From Octopus vulgaris (lineage: Eukaryota): a DNA stretch of 64,000 nt. Made by a program: the position numbers and the translations under genes. Shown here in pieces: positions 40,761-53,750 of the stretch. The stretch is taken from NCBI GenBank assembly GCA_951406725.2, contig OX597832.1, positions 63,178,001 to 63,242,000 on the forward strand, in the 5' to 3' direction. Each line of letters begins with the position of its first letter. The stretch's first letter is position 1. The notes under the pieces were generated by a model. The model ran no database searches. It was not told the origin of the DNA and saw nothing but the letters and a program-made list of their open reading frames with translations.

Positions 40761-42247
40761 GAGTACCAGAGTCAAGTAATTGATGAAAGAGGACAAAGGC
40801 CAGACCCATCAAGGGTGACAGCAATACGGAATATACTTTCCCTAACGATTGTCAAATTGTTACAAGCATTCTTGTAGACTGTGCCTATAACAATAATATC
40901 AATTACAAAGGGGGGGGGGGAATCACCAATGCCTCTTTTTCAGTTTGGCTATAATATCAATTACAGGGGGCGGGGAATGCTACCTTTTGCTGTGTTGTCT
41001 CTTATAAACAGTGTTGCTGTTGTTTTTTATAACGTTCGGTACCCTGCCCCCCCCACACACACACACACACTGTTACAATATGAGTGAATTGCCAAATGGT
41101 CCAGAAAGGAAAACAATGACAAGATCGTTATATAGCAGATCATTAGTGGAAAGTATTTGTCGCAAGACGACAGAACAAGGAATGAAAATAAAAGAAAAAA
41201 TACAATGATTTCTTTTTTGCTAGGCACAAAGTATTATATCTTTATGTATTTCTTTTTTGTTTATTTATCAATCTAATTATTTGTGGTTGTTCTTGTTGCG
41301 ACTCGGGGTTAGCTCCCAGATCTAACAGAAATACATTTAAAGAGATATTCAGGCTTGGAGGTATGATGGTTGACATGATTCCCTAATAAATTCTAGAATC
41401 TAAACCAGCCTCATTCAGCTCAGATATTCTACATGTTATATGTTGAAACCAGCCAGATCCTGCTTCTCACACTTGTCTTACAATGTCATTCTAAAAATAT
41501 GCAATCACATTATCAAAATCTCAAAGCTATGAGATAATGCATGATTAATTAAAAACAATGTGATTAAATAAGGTTTACACTAAATACAGTAATCTGAATA
41601 ATAAAGGGTCAAATGTAGATATGGGTTCGACTTCCGGTCACATCGGTTCCCCTTCCGGTGGTACTCTGGCGAACATTAGAACATTGATATTTGTTCAAAT
41701 CCCACCAATATAAACCTTTCTTTTTATCCTTATGGGGTCGATAAAATAAAAGTACCCGTTAAATACTTAAATTTCATTCTTTTCTTCTTTATTGTTTTTC
41801 TTATTCTTTCCTTTTTGATTCTTTGTCTCTTTTTCTTTCTTTCCCTTTTATTCTTCATCAATCTTTCCTCTTTTTCTTCTTCCCTCTTCATTCTTTCCTT
41901 CTTCATCATCCAAGTAAACAGCACTAACAAGATGATCTCTGGCATGAGGAAAATAAAAGCCCCTAACATTAGACGAAATGCATATCGCTATCCAAGAAAG
42001 TTCACCAGGAGGTCACTTGTCGATCTGATGGTACAAGGAATGAAAGACTACATTATCTTAATGTTCCTCCACCCCCTTATTTAAAACCACAGAATGTGTA
42101 TGATTTGAGTGAGAATTAGCTGCTATTTCTTGCAGTCCGAATGACCACAGAGAGAGAGAGGGAGAAGTTCTTTCTAACCAGTCAATATTTACATAAGAGG
42201 TAATTTCCTTAATAGAAACAAGTACTGCCTTGTGTAAAGTGTGTGTG

Positions 42248-42306
<59 letters not shown>

Positions 42307-42581
42307 TACATAAACACACACAGAGCAGCTATTGGAATGTCAGTCCCGGTAGTGGCAAATAAATTGCATATTTGAATTAATTGTATTGGAATAAGAATTT
42401 CTGTCAAGAATATTAACGAAGCTGGCATTTACTCGAAGAGTGTATTGTTTGTGTCCTGTAAACATGTTGAAATGTTAATGGTTTCTGATTTAGGCATAAG
42501 GCTAACATTTTTGTAAGAAAGAGTTAGTTAATTACATCAACCATCACCCCCACCAGTGACTAACAGGTATTCTATGTTATC

Positions 42582-42807
42582 GGCGAGCTGGCAGAAACGT
42601 TAGCACACCGGCCGAAATGCGTAGACGAAATCGTCTGCCGTTATGTTCTTAGTTCAAATTCCGCCGAGGTCGACTTTGCCTTTCATCCTTTCAGGGTCGA
42701 TAAATTAAGTACCAATTACACACTGGGGTCGATGTAATCGACTTAATCCGTTTGTCTGTCATTGTTTGTTCCTTCTGTGTTTAGCCCCTTGTGGGTAGTA
42801 AAGAAAT
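42582..42807 (+). mobile_element. SINE family B inserted into an antisense family B copy, 17-18 bp TSD
   Basis: AGGTATTCTATGTTATCG at 42565-42582 and 42808-42825. Confidence 0.88.
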
Positions 42808-44053
42808 AGGTATTCTATGTTATCGACCCTGAAAAAAATGAAAAGCAATGTTGACGTCGGCGGGATTTGAACTCAAAGCGTAAATGCCCAGGAGAAATAT
42901 GGCATAGGATTTTCAGATACTTTAATGATTCTGTCAGCTTGCCACTTTTTTTTATTTTTGTTGTGGTTTCTAATCTAGACAAGGCTAACAATTTTGAGGG
43001 GAGGGGTAGTTGATTGTGTTGGCCCCTCCCCAGTACTTGACTGGTACTTTATTTTTATTGACCCCAATAGGATGAAAGGCAAAACTGACTTATTGACTTT
43101 GGTTGCTTTTGAACTCAGAGACACCTTTGACCTTTTCTGAAGATTTTAGGAATATGGTTTATCCAATAATGCTTTGGTCACATTCACTAGTAACTTCTTA
43201 AAATCGATGCTGTCTTCAACAATGTTTATTTATAATCCTAAATATGTTTGATATACATGATGTATTTAATGTACATCAATAGTTAATTGCCTGATATGTT
43301 ATATATATATACTGTCCAACCCATGCTAGCATGAAACCGGACGTTAAACGATGATGATGATGATGTTAATGTGAATCAAGAAATAATAAGCTGTCAAACT
43401 ATATATTCTGGAATCAATAACAGAAGTACCAGTTCTGTACTGATGGTTTCCCCTTCTCGTAAATTTTTGCTCTTGTGCCTTTGTTAGAAACACTAATAAT
43501 AATAATAATTTGGTGGGATGGGACCAGTCGATTAAATCAACCCAGTATGCAACTGGTACTTAATTTATCAACCTCGAAAGGATGAAAGGTAAAGTCAACC
43601 ATGGCAGGCATATAATAATAATAATAGTAATAATTCTTTCTACTGAAAGCACAAGGCCTCATATTTGGGGTGAGAGATTAAGTCAATTACATCGACCCCA
43701 GTGCATAACTGGTACTTATTTAATTGACCCCGAAAGGATGAAAGGCAAAGTCAACCTTGGCGGAATTTGAACTCAGAAGGTAAAGACGGACGAAATACCA
43801 CTAAGCATTTCACCTGGCATGCTAACGATTCTGCCAGCTTACCGCCATGATAATAATAATAATAATAATAATAGTAATCCTTATCGTCATTATCAGTAAG
43901 CAAATTCCTCCAAGGTCGACTTTGCCATTAATCCTTTCAGGGTCGATAAAGTAAGTGCTAGTTAAGCATTGGGAATCAATATAACCAACAAGCCCCCTCC
44001 CCAAAAAATTTCAGGCTCTGCACTTGTAATAGAAAGAAATATTATTATTATTA

Positions 44054-44084
<31 letters not shown>

Positions 44085-44977
44085 AGCAGTGAACTGGCAG
44101 ATTGGTTAGCGCATCAGACAAAATGCTTAGCAGCATTTCTTCCCGTTCATTATCTTCCAAGTTCAAATTTTGCTGCGGTCAACTTCACTTTTGAGTGAGT
44201 CTAATTTTGTTCCTGTGAATGAAATCAGGAAATATGGCGGACATGGAATAATTAAGATTTAACTTTTATCGAATTTGCTGATGCTTGAACACTACAAATT
44301 TTCAAAAGAAAATATGTATTACCTTAAAATAAAATTAAAGAGAACAACTTAGAAAAAATTTGAAAACGAAATTACTCTGTTGATTTTATATAAGGGGTGT
44401 ATAAAAAGTTTTGTGCCTTCAAGGCCTTTGAGCCTTGAAGTCTTGTACCTTCATCAGAAGTCTCATACCATGTTGGTTTTTTTTTTGAGGCTCAAGACTT
44501 CTCATATTATGGAAGTCCACACACACTTGTTTGCTCTCTGTCTCTCTACGTGTATGTGTGTGTGTGCATTCTCATTCTTCCAGTCAATGATTCTTTCTCC
44601 CTCACTCTGTATGTGTAGCGTTCTTTTACTCATTGCCTGCCACTAAGCCTAGTGTGCACTCACCTTACCCCGCTTACGTTTACTCCCAGTTTCTCTCTCT
44701 CTCTGATGTAAAGCATAACTGGAGAAATCAACCAACCAACCAACATTTATATCAGCTGTTATAACGTAATCATCATCATCATCATCCATGATTGTTACAT
44801 TGAGGAAATAAACAAAATAGCATTCAGAGTTTGCAGTTTGATGTAAGAACGACAATTCTAAAGTAAAAAAGACATTGATGCCCAACCAATAATTCTTCGA
44901 GGATTTTGTTGTTGTTGCCTTTACTGCTCTTGTTTTATTTCTTGATGCATTGAAATTATTTATTTATCTATTTCTAG

Positions 44978-45043
44978 TGCCTTAATAGAATTTTGTCGCC
45001 CTGGTACTTGCCCAAACTGGGAAAAACTTGATCCCAATAAAAA
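44978..45043 (+). CDS. Filamin exon (CH2): (H)ALIEFCRPGTCPNWEKLDPNK(K)
   Basis: tttctag| and |gtaagt, 66 nt. Phase 2/2 matches both neighbouring exons and continues CH2. Not in the ORF track. Confidence 0.92.
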
Positions 45044-45651
45044 GTAAGTATTCATTAAAAATTACCATCTGGCTATTGTTGTTGTTGCTGCTGTTGTCTT
45101 AATTTCTTTTTATTGTATTTTATTATGTTTAATTTTTATGTAATTTACTAAATTTATTACTTATGAAAGTGCATGGCCTGGTGGTAAGGGTACTGCACTC
45201 ATGATTGAGAGATTGTGGGTTCAATTCCCAAGGTGGAGTGATGCGTTGTGTTATTGAGACAAAAACTCCAGCTCACGTTGCCCTAGTCCCCTCAGCTAGA
45301 AAATTAACTCCAGCTGGGGAGCTAACCCTATGACAGACCAGCGTCCCATCCAAGAGATAGGAATTTAGTCTCAGACATCTTCACAAGCTAAAGACTCACA
45401 ATGCTGGTTTTCCAAATTCTGTGGTGTATATATTCCTGCACTGGATGGAACATCGGTCAGTCACAGGACTATGCATTTTTGCCATCTGAGTGGACTGAAG
45501 CTATGCAAAATGAAGTTTTCTGCTCAAAAACACAACTCGCTGCCCTCGCCAAGAATTGAAACCACAATCTTAAAAGTAATGCTTTAGTTGCATCATTTTG
45601 AATTTTGGTTCCGTATTTTTAATCCATAGAATTATTTTGTTCCCTTGGCAG

Positions 45652-45865
45652 GTTGGAGAATTGTACAAATGCCATGAATATTGCAAAAGACAAATTTGAT
45701 ATCCCACTTGTTGTCAGACCAGAAGATTTGGCCAGTCCTCACCTGGACGAACTCTCAGGAATGACATACCTTTCTTACTACATGAAGCAAGATTCACCTG
45801 GATACTATGCAACACTGGACAGAGTCAAAAAATTGCTACACAGGAACGATATTAATAATTTCACG
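45652..45865 (+). CDS. Filamin exon (end of CH2, start of CH3): LENCTNAMNIAKDKFDIPLVVRPEDLASPHLDELSGMTYLSYY...NNFT
   Basis: cttggcag| and |gtatat, phase 2/0. DELSxMTYLSY is the canonical CH2 C-terminal helix. Confidence 0.95.
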
Positions 45866-47203
45866 GTATATTTTGATGCATATCCATTCCTGATACTTTC
45901 CATCGGCCACACCTTCACCACCCCTGTTTGTCACTTACTACATTGACCTCTCCCCCTCCTAGTCTCTGCTGATTACTCTCCCCTAACACTCTTATAACTC
46001 TCTATCCTCCTTCTTCCCCTCTTGTTCCTTGCAGGTTCGCTCTGGCACCCCTTCAGTATCATCTCATCTTCTTCCTAGTTACTTCCACCCACCCTTATCT
46101 AATGTGGGGTAACAATATACCTCCTTTATAGCAAGGTACATGTACTTGTCCCTCGGTTTTAATTTAACCCCCAACTCTTGGCTTAAAGCCAATTCTCCTT
46201 TTTAAATACCCCCAACACACACACAAAATGTTGGGCTTTTTCCTTTTCTTGTTTTTCCCTGCCATATATAATGGTGTGTTAGTGTTGCCCATCCACCACA
46301 CACACACACACACACTGCTTGACAGCAGATGTTGGTTTGGTTACATCCCTGTAACTTAGCATAATGGCAAAAGAGACTGATCGAATAAATATCGGACTTC
46401 AGGAAAAAATCAGTGCTGGGGCTGATTTGTGCCCCAGCATGGCCACAGTCCAGTGATTGAAGCAAATAAGATAAAACATGTAATATTTTTTCCTACGCTA
46501 GGCACAAGGCTCGAAATTTCGGGGGAGGAGGCCAGCTGATTAGATCAACCCCAGTACACAATTTATTGACTCCGAAAAAATGAAAGGCAAAGTCGACCTC
46601 AGTGAAATTTAAACTCAGAATCTAAAGACAGACAATAAAATATGTAATATTATCAACCCATGCTAGCATGGAAAACGGACGCTAAACGATGATGATGATG
46701 ATGATGATGCTTGTCAGCCACAATTATAACAACAACAATAATAATAACCCTCTACGTACAAGGCCTGAAATTTGGTGGGAGGGAACCAGTCAATTAGATC
46801 GACCCCAGTGCGTAACTGGTACTTAATTTATCAACTCCAGTACGTAACTGGTACTTAATTTATCAACCCCAAATGGATGAAAGGCAAAGTTGACCTTGGC
46901 GGGACTTGAACTTGGAATGTAAAGACAGATGAAATACTGCTAAGTATTTCGCCCAGCATGCTAATGATTCTGCCAGCTTGCCACCTTAACAACAATAATA
47001 ATAGGCTTCAAAATTGATTAAATAAATAAACAATTGCTTTAATTTTCACAAATATTCCCAATTTTTATTGTGTGTCTGTATGAATCAATTTGTTAATATT
47101 ACTGATCAGATCTCGCTCATATTCATTTTGTCTTTTGTTGTTTCATAATTGATAAAATACATTCCAATAATACGTTGAAGTCAATTTTATGGTCATCTCT
47201 ATA

Positions 47204-47794
47204 CAAGTGTGCCCTCCCCCACACCCAGCCACTAACTTAATAATAATAGTAATAGTAATGAAATTATTGTATACAGTGCTCAGGTGCACCACAACTTGTC
47301 TAAAGTGTGTATAAAGCATATGCAGTAATGTACAAATGTCTGGGAAGTGAACAGTGTATGAGTCAGATACATGCTTGCATGTGTATGGAGGGGAGAAAAT
47401 CAGGTGTAGTGTTGGTAAATCTCAGGAAGCATGGAAGTTTTGAAGGATGCAGTGCTCTGACAACTAACAACTGATGCCGACAGTTTGTTCCATGCTTCAC
47501 CATCTTTGGCTTTTCATACTAAATTCTCATATAATCATAATCTACACATTTTGAAGGGCATTTGTAGAAAATTTCATAACCAATATCCCATTTTCCTGAG
47601 AGTTATAAAGAAACCAAGCCAATTCATGTGAATTTTTCAAAACTCATCTCCCCACCCATGGAAATTATTTTCACAACAAATACCAATATAACCAGAATTT
47701 ACACCATCTGAAACATATTCTTAGAAAATATCATTACAAAATATCTGTTTTTCTGAAAGTTATGAGGAAACAAAGTCGGAAAAGGGCACACTTG
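47204..47794. mobile_element. Tc1/mariner-type MITE interrupted by the LINE fragment
   Basis: TA|CAAGTGTGCCC ... GGGCACACTTG|TA terminal inverted repeats with a TA duplication. Confidence 0.55.
47240..47505 (-). mobile_element. 3' end of a CR1/L2-like LINE with (TTA)n tail
   Basis: Minus strand: EAWNKLSASVVSCQSTASFKTSMLPEIYQHYT* (WNxLP..V...S...FK motif), then a 3' UTR and a TTA-repeat tail. Confidence 0.7.
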
Positions 47795-47887
47795 TAGAGG
47801 TATACCTTTTTATCTTCATTATACAGTCTGCTCATTTGCATAAACTGATTGTTCTGATCCTTCCTATGTCTATATTTCTGTTTTCAG

Positions 47888-47987
47888 ACTGACTGGAATG
47901 ATGGTCAGCTGGTCTGTGAAATGGTCAATACAACAGGAGGGAATATCACCAACACAAATGGAACATATGAAGAAGTCCTTACCAAAG
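47888..47987 (+). CDS. Filamin exon (CH3): TDWNDGQLVCEMVNTTGGNITNTNGTYEEVLTK(G)
   Basis: ttttcag| and |gtagaa, phase 0/1. Splicing completes the NFT|TDWNDG motif of a third CH domain. Confidence 0.9.
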
Positions 47988-48099
47988 GTAGAAACACACT
48001 GCAACTTCCAATCAGTATCATCATCATCATCATCACCATTATCCTCATCATTATCGTTGTTATTGTTATCAGCATCATCAACACCATACACATTATATT

Positions 48100-48300
48100 A
48101 CTCTTTTACTTGTTTCAGTCATTTGACTGCAGCCATGCTGGTGCATCGCCTTTAATTGAACTAATTGACTCCAGAACTTATTCTTTGTAAGCCTAGCATT
48201 TATTCTATCGGTCTCTTTTGCCGAAAAGCTAAGTTACGGGGACATAAACACACCAGCATCGAATGTCAAGTGATGGTGAGAGGACAAACACATACACACA

Positions 48301-48364
<64 letters not shown>

Positions 48365-48593
48365 GAGCTGGCAGAATCATTTGCACACCAGGCGAAATGC
48401 CTAGCAGTATTCCATCTGCCGCTATGTTCTGAGTTCAAATTCCGCCGAGGTTGACTTTACCTTTCATCCTTTAGGGGTTGATTAAATAAGTACCAGTTAT
48501 GCACTGGTGGATCAATGTAATCAACTTAGTCCCTTTGTCTGTCCTTGTTTGTCCCCTCTATGTTTAGCCCCTTGCAGGCAATAAAGAATTAAA

Positions 48594-48629
<36 letters not shown>

Positions 48630-48790
48630 GACGGGCTTCTTTCAGTTTCCGTCTACCAAATCCACTCACAAGGTTTTGGTTGGCCCAAGGCTAAAGTAGA
48701 AGAAACTTATTCAAGGTGCTATGCAGTGGGACTGAACCTGGAACCATGTGGTTGGTAAGCAAGCTACTTACCACACAACCACTCCGGCAC
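48100..48790 (-). mobile_element. SINE family A interrupted by a family B SINE (48362-48590, +) within its (TA)n
   Basis: Tail 48100-48300, (TA)n, family B copy, (TA)n, head 48628-48790. Confidence 0.8.
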
Positions 48791-49234
48791 CAATATACAC
48801 ACCCATGTACATATCATTACACATAACTATATAAATACCAATATACACATCCATATACACCCACCTACATAAATATCCATATACTGCAAATACTTGATGA
48901 CAATCAGACATCAAACTGACTAAAATGTAACATAGATGTAAATATTTAAAAATGAGGTTAACGAGCAAAAAATGAACTTATTAAAAGCAACTCATTTCAT
49001 ATTTTGTGAATTATTAAATGTTAATTAATTCAATTACTGAAGCATTAAGCAGCACATTTTTGATAATGGAAATGAACTGTAAAGTGTACCTTATAGTACA
49101 TTTTCATTATTAAGTGTGGCCTTCCTTTCTTTATATGATCACAGTATGTGATTTGTGAGAGATTTGGCTAATGTTTCTGGCAGACATGGTGACTGTATAC
49201 AGGTACCTTTGTTGGATCGTATGTCTTTCACTTG

Positions 49235-49720
49235 TATCCATCATCATCATCATAATGTCCACTTTTCCATGCTTGCATGAGTCGGATGGAATTTGTTGAA
49301 ACAGATTTTCTACAGCTAGACACTCTTTCTGTCACCAAACACTCACCTGTTCCCAAGAAAGGTAATATTTCTTCCAGGGCCAGACATGTTTTTGCAGAAT
49401 ATTGGAAATGAATGACACTGCCTGTATGACAGTGATGCTCATTTACATCTATCATGCAATGTCATAACAAAAAGATAGCAACACTCTCTCTCTCTCTCTC
49501 TTTCTCTATTATCATCATCATCATCACCATCATTGTCATCATCATTTAACATCTTCCATGCTGACAGGAGCTCACGAGCCACAGGACTGTGCTAGGCTCT
49601 ACTGTCTACTTTGGCATGTTTGGCATGGTTTCTACAGCTTGATGCCTTTCCTAATGCCAACCATTTCAAGAATGTAGTGGGTGCCTTTTATGTGTCACCA
49701 TCACAGGTGCCATTTGCATC
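49235..49720 (-). repeat. Retroposon tails ending in (GAT)n (RTE-related SINE-like)
   Basis: The CATGCxAGCATGGAAAA..GGACGTTAAACGATGATGATG tail also occurs at ~43318 and ~46655. The GGATGCCCTTCCTAATGCCAACC motif also occurs at ~63350. Confidence 0.55.
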
Positions 49721-49880
49721 CTTTCGGCACAGGTGCCATTTTCATGACACTGGTAGCAGCCACAACTACGATTTCATGAGTGCCATTTACAACACAGGCA
49801 TTGGCCACAACTACGATATACAACAGGACTGCCTTATATATCATGTACGCTGACCCCTTTAAATTCATATTTCTTTAAAG

Positions 49881-50068
49881 GTCTGAATGCTGGGAAGCTG
49901 ATGAGTATCCAGCCTACCATATCTGCAAAGGAAATTGCACAAGAAAAAGAAGAACATCTTGGGATTATGGCTTATGCTGTCAAATACATAGACAAAGTTC
50001 CAACAGTTCCAGAATCTGAGAAAGTGACATTGACTGCCCAACTGGACAAGGTCCATGTAGGAAATGAG
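49881..50068 (+). CDS. Filamin exon (end of CH3, linker): LNAGKLMSIQPTISAKEIAQEKEEHLGIMAYAVKY...VHVGNE
   Basis: ctttaaag| and |gtcagt, phase 1/0. EHLGIMAY matches the terminal helix of a CH domain. Confidence 0.9.
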
Positions 50069-50291
50069 GTCAGTGATTTTATTTCTATCTTACTTATGTC
50101 TTAGCTTCTCTTTTGGGTTTGTTAAATTTTATGGCAGGTTTTGATCCTTAGATCATCTGCAAATCCTGTAGATTGAGCAGAATAAGGACTGTATAAGCAC
50201 ACACACATATTGTGAACTCTGCTTCTGTAATTATCAGATGAGGGTTCCACGATTTCTGGCTAAACAACTTACACAAGCGATTAGTTTATAG

Positions 50292-50594
50292 CAGAGGTCC
50301 TCAAGCATTTTGGGCCATTGCACTCCTCATGGCCACATAATACCCCCAGTGCCCCCACCAGTATTTTTATGTGTAAAGTAAATATTTTATATTTTACTAA
50401 TTTATATACAGACACAAGAGTGACTGTGTGGTAAGTAGCTTGCTTACCAACCACATGGTTCCGGGTTCAATCCAATTGCATGGCACCTTGGGCAAGTGTC
50501 TTCTACTACAGCCACTGGCTGACCAAAGCCTTGTGAGTGGATTTGGTAGATATAAACTGAAAGAAGCCCGTCGTATACAAATATATATATATAA

Positions 50595-50630
<36 letters not shown>

Positions 50631-50933
50631 TTATGTGTCCATGTTTATCCTCCCGCCATCACTTGACAACCGATACTGGTGTGTTTTTGTCCCTGTAACT
50701 TAGCGGTTCAGCAAAGTCCTGGGGTCGATTTGCTTGACTGAAGCCGGTGCTCCAGCATGGCCACAGTCAAAATTACTGAAACAAGTAAAAGAATATACTA
50801 CGGATCATTTGATATTTAATATAATATTATACAATTTGTATACAATACTATAACAATATAATAACCCCTTCCCCCACCCCCTTAGACACCAGTGCCCACG
50901 GGGTGGGGGGAGCACCCACTTTGAGAACCTGTG
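50292..50933. mobile_element. hAT-type MITE with a nested SINE
   Basis: TIRs CAGAGGTCCTCAA / TTGAGAACCTGTG and a perfect 8-bp TSD GTTTATAG. A family A SINE is inserted at ~50409-50793. Confidence 0.8.
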
Positions 50934-51137
50934 GTTTATAGTGATCAAATGTCTTTGCTGCATATTAGCTCCCTCCCTCCATGAAATTTATATTGCCCAG
51001 ACAGGTGCATGCTGCACCACATGTCAGGTGTCAAAGTGATTGTCGATTGTGGGTGGATAGACAGGTGGGTAGTAGGATTTATGCATGGCTGGATGGATTA
51101 GAGAATGGTTAGATGGCAGGCAGGCAGCATATATTCT

Positions 51138-51349
51138 TTTCTACTCTAGGCACAAGGACTGAAATTTGGGGGGAGGGGGCCAGTCGATTAGATCGACCCC
51201 AGTATGCAACTGGTACTTAATTTATTGACCCTAAAAGGATGAAAAGCAAAGTCAACCTCAGCAGAATCTGAACTCAGAATGTAAAGACAGATGAAATACC
51301 ACTAAGCATTTCGCCCGGTGTGCTAACGATTCTGCCAGCTCGCCACCTG
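51138..51349 (-). mobile_element. SINE family B with 20-bp TSD
   Basis: AGGCAGGCAGCATATATTCT at 51118-51137 and 51350-51369. Confidence 0.88.
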
Positions 51350-51747
51350 AGGCAGGCAGCATATATTCTAAGAATAAGACAAAGATTCTAGAACCTGCAC
51401 ACCTCTAATACTTGATGGGCACTTCACTTTATCAACACGGGAGTGATAAAAGACAGGGCTAACCTCAGCAGGATTTGAACCTGGAATACAAAGAACCAGA
51501 AAAAACGCTATAAAGCATTTTGTCTGACCCTCAAACCATTCTGCCAATTTTGTACCCTTCCACAATATTATGAAGTGAAGTGTTACCTCACACATTTACC
51601 ACCTGTACACTGACATTGATTGCATGGAGGACGGACACAGCTCAATACATAAGGAAATTGTTTTAGCTTGCGTTAACACACAATCTATTGATTAGCAACA
51701 CCTCCAGAAATAATAATTAAAACTTTTACAAATTAAAAATATATAAT

Positions 51748-51919
51748 AGGCGCAGGAGTGGCTGTGTGGTAAGTAGCTTGCTAACCAGCCACATGGTTCC
51801 GGGTTCAGTCCCACTGCGTGGCATCTTGGGCAAGTGTCTTCTGCTATAGCCCCGGGCCGACCAATGCCTTGTGAGTGGATTTGGTAGACGGAAACTGAAA
51901 GAAGCCTGTCGTATATATG

Positions 51920-51952
<33 letters not shown>

Positions 51953-52160
51953 TTGTGTGTCTGTGTTTGTCCCCCTAGCATTGCTTGACAACCGATGCTG
52001 GTGTGTTTACGTCCCCGTCACTTAGCGGTTCGGCAAAAGAGACCGATAGAATAAGTACTGGGCTTACAAAGAATAAGTCCCGGGGTCGATTTGCTCGACT
52101 AAAGGCGGTGCTCCAGCATGGCCGCAGTCAAATGACTGAAACAAGTAAAAGAGTAAAAGA
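51748..52160 (+). mobile_element. SINE family A, young subfamily
   Basis: Full-length with CpGs intact. Confidence 0.88.
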
Positions 52161-52454
52161 GAGAGTATACAATAACAAACCTCATTAACTTCAGTTATTT
52201 CTGTTATTCTTTCGGGCAAATATTTCAGAAATGTTTCTCACCGTCTTCAAATAGATTGGGAGTTTCAGAAGTAGAGTCAAGTCTCACGGTTGGATTAAAC
52301 TTAGTTCTTTTGTTTCAGGAAGACAACACACAGTTATGTTTATTGTTTTTCCCAGGCAAATCAGGGAGGTTCTAAATAATAGCGAGACAACCTGTTCAAT
52401 GTTGCCAACAAATCACTCACAACTTAACAAACACTGAACTGGAACTGGCAAGGA

Positions 52455-52655
52455 AGCCTAATTGTGGTGATTGAGCTTGCTAGAAACAGCAGCTAAATCA
52501 ATCCAACTTTCTTTAAAAAGAAAGTACAGATTATACAACATAGTTCTTGATAAACAAAATGATGTGACCGAGGTGATAGACATAGCTGGAATCCTTTGAT
52601 CATAGGCCTGCTTGATCAGGGCTAACTTAGGGTTAAAGAACAACAACAAAAACAA
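52455..52655 (+). repeat. Dispersed repeat ending GCTGGAAT..TTTGATCATAGG...GGGxTAAA(CAA)n
   Basis: Diverged copies at ~2000-2065, 15570-15630, 20530-20610(-), 21445-21630(-), 31480-31670(-), 33870-34150(-), 35850-35920 and 57680-57830. Confidence 0.6.
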
Positions 52656-52985
52656 ATATTTTAGTCTTTAACACTTTGGATACCAGCCTGTCTAGAACTA
52701 ACCTTGGTCCTATGAAATAATTTTTCTCTTCTAATGTGAACTTAAAATATTTTTCTATCAAAATTCCATGGTAATGTGTACCAGACACTGGCATAATGAC
52801 TTATTTTGCCCAACTCTTCATAAATTTCAAAATTAATTGAAACAAAGGCTGTGTATTTCTGGTTCAATTCCACTGCAAGGCACCATGTTTATTCAGTGAC
52901 CTGAATAATAAAACTAATAATAAATAATAATAATAACATCGAAAAATACCTTAGGAATGAGAACCCAGGTTCCAAATTTCCCCAA

Positions 52986-53035
52986 GACACCAGATGGATG
53001 AAAGCTGGAGGGTATGTCAGCCGAAACATTGTGTT
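52986..53035 (+). ncRNA. Degenerate hammerhead-like motif in a Penelope-type terminal repeat
   Basis: GACAC CAGATG(GATG)A A AGCTG-10nt-CAGCC GAAA CATT GTGTT. Stems I and II pair, but the core is mutated and has a GATG duplication. Confidence 0.4.
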
Positions 53036-53390
53036 AACAACAAACAAGATGAGGACAAATATCTGTCAAATGTAAATAATGTAAATAATGTAAACTTTCA
53101 GAGTTGATAAAATAAGTACCAGTTGAGGACTGGGGTCAGTGTAATCAACTTACCCTTCCTCCAAAGTTGCTGGCCTTGTGCCAAAATTTGAAATCAATAT
53201 AGGAATAATTTATCCAGTGTGTCTGGTTCCAGGCTTTTAATGTTTGTTGTTGTTAGGCAACTCTTTTGGTACAAATGAAGCAGAAGACAAAATTGATGAA
53301 GGGAGAAAATTCTTGGAGACAAGTTTTCTGTTTATTGTTTACCTTTTATTTTATAAACAATTATCCTTTAAAAATAATTCTGAAATTGAT

Positions 53391-53750
53391 AGGTGCAGGA
53401 GTAGCTGTGTGGTAAGTAGCTTGCCAACCAACCACATGGTTCCAGGTTCAGTCCTACTTGGACGAGTGTCTTCTACTATAGCATCAGGCTGACCAAAGCC
53501 TTGTGAGCAGATTTGGTAGATGGAAACTGAAAGAAGCCTGTCGTATATGTATATATGTGTGTGTGTGTCCGTGTTTGTTCCCCCACCATCGCTTGACAAC
53601 CGATGCTGTCCCCATAACTTAGCAGTTCGGCAAAAGAGACCGATAGAATAAGTACTAGGCTTACAAAGAATAAGTTCTGGGGTCGGTTTGCTCGATTAAA
53701 GGCGGTGCTCCAGCATGGCTGCAAACAAATGACTGAAACAAGTAAAAGAG
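53391..53750 (+). mobile_element. SINE family A
   Basis: Full-length with small deletions. Further copies at ~54355-54880(-), 55180-55533(-) and 57065-57450(+). Confidence 0.82.

Noticed and set aside
41622-41675. Possible HDV-like ribozyme (TTCCCC...GGCGAA)
   Set aside because: I could not assign the nested P1/P2/P3 pairings.
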